Shown here piece by piece: positions 60,021 to 64,000 of a stretch of DNA of 64,000 bases (its first letter is position 1; the number at the start of each line of letters is the position of its first letter). Both the position numbers and the translations under genes were made by a program. Origin of the DNA: the human T2T-CHM13v2.0 reference genome, Homo sapiens; assembly GCF_009914755.1 (NCBI RefSeq), contig NC_060937.1. One strand, written 5' to 3'. The notes beneath the pieces are model-generated. The model saw only the letters and a program-made list of their open reading frames with translations, was not told the DNA's origin and ran no database searches.

Positions 60021-60342
60021 TTCTTTCATTTTCTTTTTTTTTTTCTTTTGAGATGGTGGAGTCTTGCTCTGTTGCCCAGGCTGGAGTGCGTGACGTGCAG
60101 TGGCACAATCTCGGCTCACTGCAACCTCGCCTCCCAGGTTCAAGCGATTCTCCTGCCTCAGTCTTCCAAGTAGCTGGGATTATAGGTGCCCACCACTACA
60201 CCCGGCTAATTTTTGTATTTTTAGTAGAGATGCTGTTTTGCCATGTAGCCCAGGCTGGTCTCAAACTGCTAATCTCAGGTGATCCGCCCGCCTTGGCATC
60301 CCCAACTGCTGGGATTCCAGGTGTGAGCCACCGTGCCCCACC
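60021..60342 (-). mobile_element. AluS with small indels
   Basis: Antisense Alu with an inserted gtgacgtgc. Confidence 0.93.
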
Positions 60343-61061
60343 TCTTTCTCTCATTCTCTTTGTGCCTCAGGTGTGGGAGAGGGAGGAAATGCTGTGTGAG
60401 AGCAACACTTGGCAAGCTGCCTGGGGCATAAAGCAAGGTGCCTTCAGAAGCAATACTGTCTCTTCAAGGCAACATACTTTCCCATTCTACCAGGATACTC
60501 CCTTTTTAGCAGACAGTGATGCTTTTTAAAATTATCCATTTCACTTAATAAGATGGTTAAATCAAAAAAGAGACCTCTGTACAACAGGCAAGAGAATACT
60601 CTTCCAAAATATACAAATATATGTGTAATTAGAATACAATGGCAGCCACAATGTAGTTTCTTCCTCAATACTTTGGACAGTGAGACTCTGGGGCATTGCT
60701 TGTAATATGGATAACCATAATAAAGGCATAAAAAAAGTGTTCCTATATGTACGATCTCACTAAATTGAACAAATGGGAGAATAGCTTTGTATGGGCAGGC
60801 AACAGATGTTTGTTTCAGGCAAAGATTTTTCTTCCTGCAGAGGAGTAATTCATAGAATAAATATGCATATCTGAATATTGTGGGGGTTGAATAATTTTAT
60901 GGGCCTTAATATCTTAGAAGAAATGAATGACTTTTTTGATAGACGGGGTCAAGTCATCATCAGATGTTCATGTCAAATAATGTGTTGGGAGAAAGCTAGA
61001 AAATAATTTTTAAGTATTTCATCTGTTGAATTTGGCCTCTGGCTCTCTTCAAGAATTGTTG

Positions 61062-61313
61062 GGCCAGGTGCGGTGGCTCATGCCTGTAATCCCATCAGTT
61101 TGGGAGGCCGAGGTGGGTGGATCATGAGGTCAGGAGTTCAAGACCAGCCTGTCCAACATGGTGAAACCCCATCTCTACTGAAAATAGAAAAAAAAAAATT
61201 ATCTGGGCATGGTGGTGGGCGCCTGTAATCCCAGCTGCTCAGGAGGCTGAGGCAGAGAATTGCTTGAACTCGAGAGGCGGAGGTTGCAGTGAGCCAAGAT
61301 CGCGCCATTGCAC
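61062..61313 (+). mobile_element. AluS lacking its 3' end and tail
   Basis: Ends abruptly at cgcgccattgcac. Confidence 0.93.
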
Positions 61314-61462
61314 TAAAATGTATAAAACCAAGCTGTACCCTGACCACCTTGGGCACGTGTTGTCAGGACCTCCTAAGGCTGTGTCACGGGTCCGTCCTTT
61401 ACCTTGGCAAAATAAACTTTCTAAATTGATTGAGACCTGTCTACAGATACTTTTGGTTCACA
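61314..61462 (+). mobile_element. MER4 LTR 3' fragment
   Basis: taaaatgtataaaaccaagctg...ccaccttgggcac...tcaggacctcct...aaataaactttctaaattgattgagacc...ggttcaca. Confidence 0.88.
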
Positions 61463-61684
61463 CCTTTCCTTCTCTAAGTAATATATGTTATCCTGTCTTC
61501 TTTGCTTTGCCAACTTTCTCGACCCATTGATTTAACAGATGGACATTTTTGATCCTTATACTTCACCTTCCCATCCCTTCTCTCCCAGCTCAGTGTCTGA
61601 AAACTATATTGTTATTTTCAGTGTTCAGAAAGGCCAGACCAGATAGTAACCACTTGATTTTCTGCCATTTTTTTCTCTTGCTCT

Positions 61685-61720
61685 ACCTTATGAGAGGTTT
61701 ACACCTTATGAGAGGTTTAC
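61685..61720. repeat. Perfect 18-bp tandem duplication
   Basis: accttatgagaggtttac x2. Confidence 0.9.
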
Positions 61721-62757
61721 ACATCTTTCTCAGTACTTCTATTAAATTTTTCATTTTGGCAATAATATTTTTTAATTACCAAGGAATATATTTTTCTAGC
61801 ATTGCTCCTTTTTGATAGCAGCCTACGGTTTTGTTTTATGGTTTCAATATCTTCTTACATTTCTCTGAGGATATCAACAAGAAATTTTAAAACTCCCTTC
61901 TGTCTTCTGATTTACATCTGTTTTCTCTGCGGCTAGTTGTTCTGCTTATTCATCTTGGTTGTTCTTTTTTGTGCAAATTTACTTTCTTGCCTAATCTTAT
62001 TTGTGCATGAGGTTAGGATGGTAAATACAGTAGTGGTTCACAATGCTTAGTGTTAGGAAGACTAGAGAACCAGGGTCTTGTACATTGGTATGTATTTATG
62101 AGGGAAATTGAACAATATGTATAAAGAATCTCAAAGTTGTTCGAATCTATTGACACACAGGCCTACTTTTAGGAATCCATCTTTTTGGAAATAAGCAGAT
62201 TATGCACAAAGATATTCACATAAATGCAAATAAATAGAGGACTAGTTAAATACATTTGATGGAATATTATGTAGCATTAATGTTTGGAATGAATTTTTAA
62301 TATTATGGGAAAGATTATTCATTTATATGTGTCTATTTATTTGAAGATTTTTTGGTTATTCTTTTAAAAACCACATACACAAGAATATAATGTGTCAGCA
62401 GTTTAAAGCATAGAAGTTACTTAAAAACAAGTTAGGATCAGATGAACAAGGGCAGGTGGAACACGCCAACCAGTCACGCCTTGCTCCCCTCTCTGAGATT
62501 TCTGAATTCCCTGTCCCTGACTCCTGGATGAGCTGGTTTAGTTTCTTGCCTTTGGTTTTGAACTGGGAATATTGACTGACTGACTGGAGATGGACGTGAC
62601 TTCTTTCTCTACCCCAGTCCTGTGACTCTCTACTTCGTCATTGTGTATGTGTGCATGAGAGAGACTCCTTTTGCTCATCCTCCTATTTTGCTTTAACTTT
62701 CACCCCAAATGTGTTTCACCAGCTTTACTCTGGGAACCCGAAATCTTGACTACAGTC

Positions 62758-63086
62758 TGTTGAAAGATAAACTTAGGTGCGCTGAAATTTTAAAGAGTTT
62801 ATTTGAAGAGATAGTGATTCATGTATTGGGCAGCACCAAACCACAAGTGGTTTGGGCTTCATGGAAGGGGTGTGCAGGAAAAACTTTTATGAGGTGTTTG
62901 CAGAAGCAAGATAAAGAACACATTTGATTGATTAAAGTGGAATCCTCCTAGTTAGAGGTTAGTTGTTTGTTTCTGATTGGTTAAGCTTAAGTTTTATTTT
63001 AGTGTTTACATTGAATTGCTTACATAAGAATCCAGGGTACTGGAGCCATCTCAGCCTAATGGGTTCTCAAATGATATTTCTAAACA
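62758..63086 (-). mobile_element. MER93-like ERV1 solo LTR
   Basis: Minus-strand start tgtttag...ccattaggctgagatggctccagt; TSD a(g/t)tc; family name from memory. Confidence 0.7.
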
Positions 63087-63116
63087 ATTCCTTTGGCATC
63101 TTCCTTGAGGGAGTAG

Positions 63117-63438
<322 letters not shown>

Positions 63439-63877
63439 TCACCTGCCCCTTTCTGCAGGGCCTCCCTCTGCCACTTCTCTGTGCTCTCCCTGCCTAGTGG
63501 AACCCTAGCAACTGGCAAAAGCAAAGATTAGGAGGAATCATTGATGAAGTTGAAAGAGGAGGACTTTATAATTCAGGTCCTACTTCCTTCCAGAGTGAGG
63601 ATTCACTGGGAGATTAATGTGATTAATGTGGCCGTTTTAAGAAGGTCAGTTGGAGGGCAGTGTAAAAACTGATTAAGTAAGAAGAGACTGAAGAGGGAGA
63701 GAAAAATCAGAGCACTGTTCTAGTGATCCAGATCTGAGGCAGTGAGTAGCTGAACCAAATTGAAACAAATGTCAGTGAGAAAAGAAGGCAGAGACAGAAG
63801 AAAGATTGAGAAAATAATTAGAACATGATAACACATGAGTCAAAGATGAGCTTGGGTTTTTAAGAACTTTATTCTGA

Positions 63878-64000
63878 CCCACCCTGTTTATTGTAGCAGT
63901 ATTCATAATAGCCAAGAGGTGAAAGCAACCTAAATGTCCACTGCTGGATGAGTGGATAACAAAAATGTGGTATATACATGCAATAGAATATTATTCAGCC
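63878..64000 (+). mobile_element. L1M (L1MB-like) 3' fragment, continues past the window
   Basis: tgtttattgtagcagtattcataatagccaagaggtgaaagcaacctaaatgtcca...ggataacaaaaatgtggtatatac. Confidence 0.85.

Noticed and set aside
60053-60529. 158-aa ORF and similar LECSG/SASQVAG ORFs elsewhere
   Set aside because: Standard antisense-Alu translations.

Overview
Primate (probably human) non-coding genomic DNA, intergenic or deep-intronic and AT-rich. It is dominated by interspersed repeats: about 25 Alu/FLAM copies, two large decayed L1 elements, about 17 solo LTRs (MaLR, ERV1/MER4-group, LTR12, ERVL), L2/MIR relics and small DNA transposons (MER2, MER5, MADE1). I found no credible host protein-coding exon, tRNA, rRNA, CpG island or CRISPR array. 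The ORF-track entries I could assign are L1 remnants, Alu translations or microsatellite artefacts, and the rest are short with no recognisable domain. I cannot support a claim of a novel biological system. The most notable structures are: a six-element nested TE complex with a perfect 26-bp inverted copy of its target site (42.7-45.6 kb); a MADE1 hairpin whose palindrome extends into flanking DNA (48.8 kb); a ~137-bp monomer array in an old L1 5'UTR (3.3-4.1 kb); a probable chimeric L1 deletion junction (13.2 kb); a solo LTR12 with six CCAAT boxes (32 kb); and three 'unique flank + microsatellite' tandem duplications. Subfamily names come from recalled consensus sequences, not a database search, and boundaries of old repeats are approximate.
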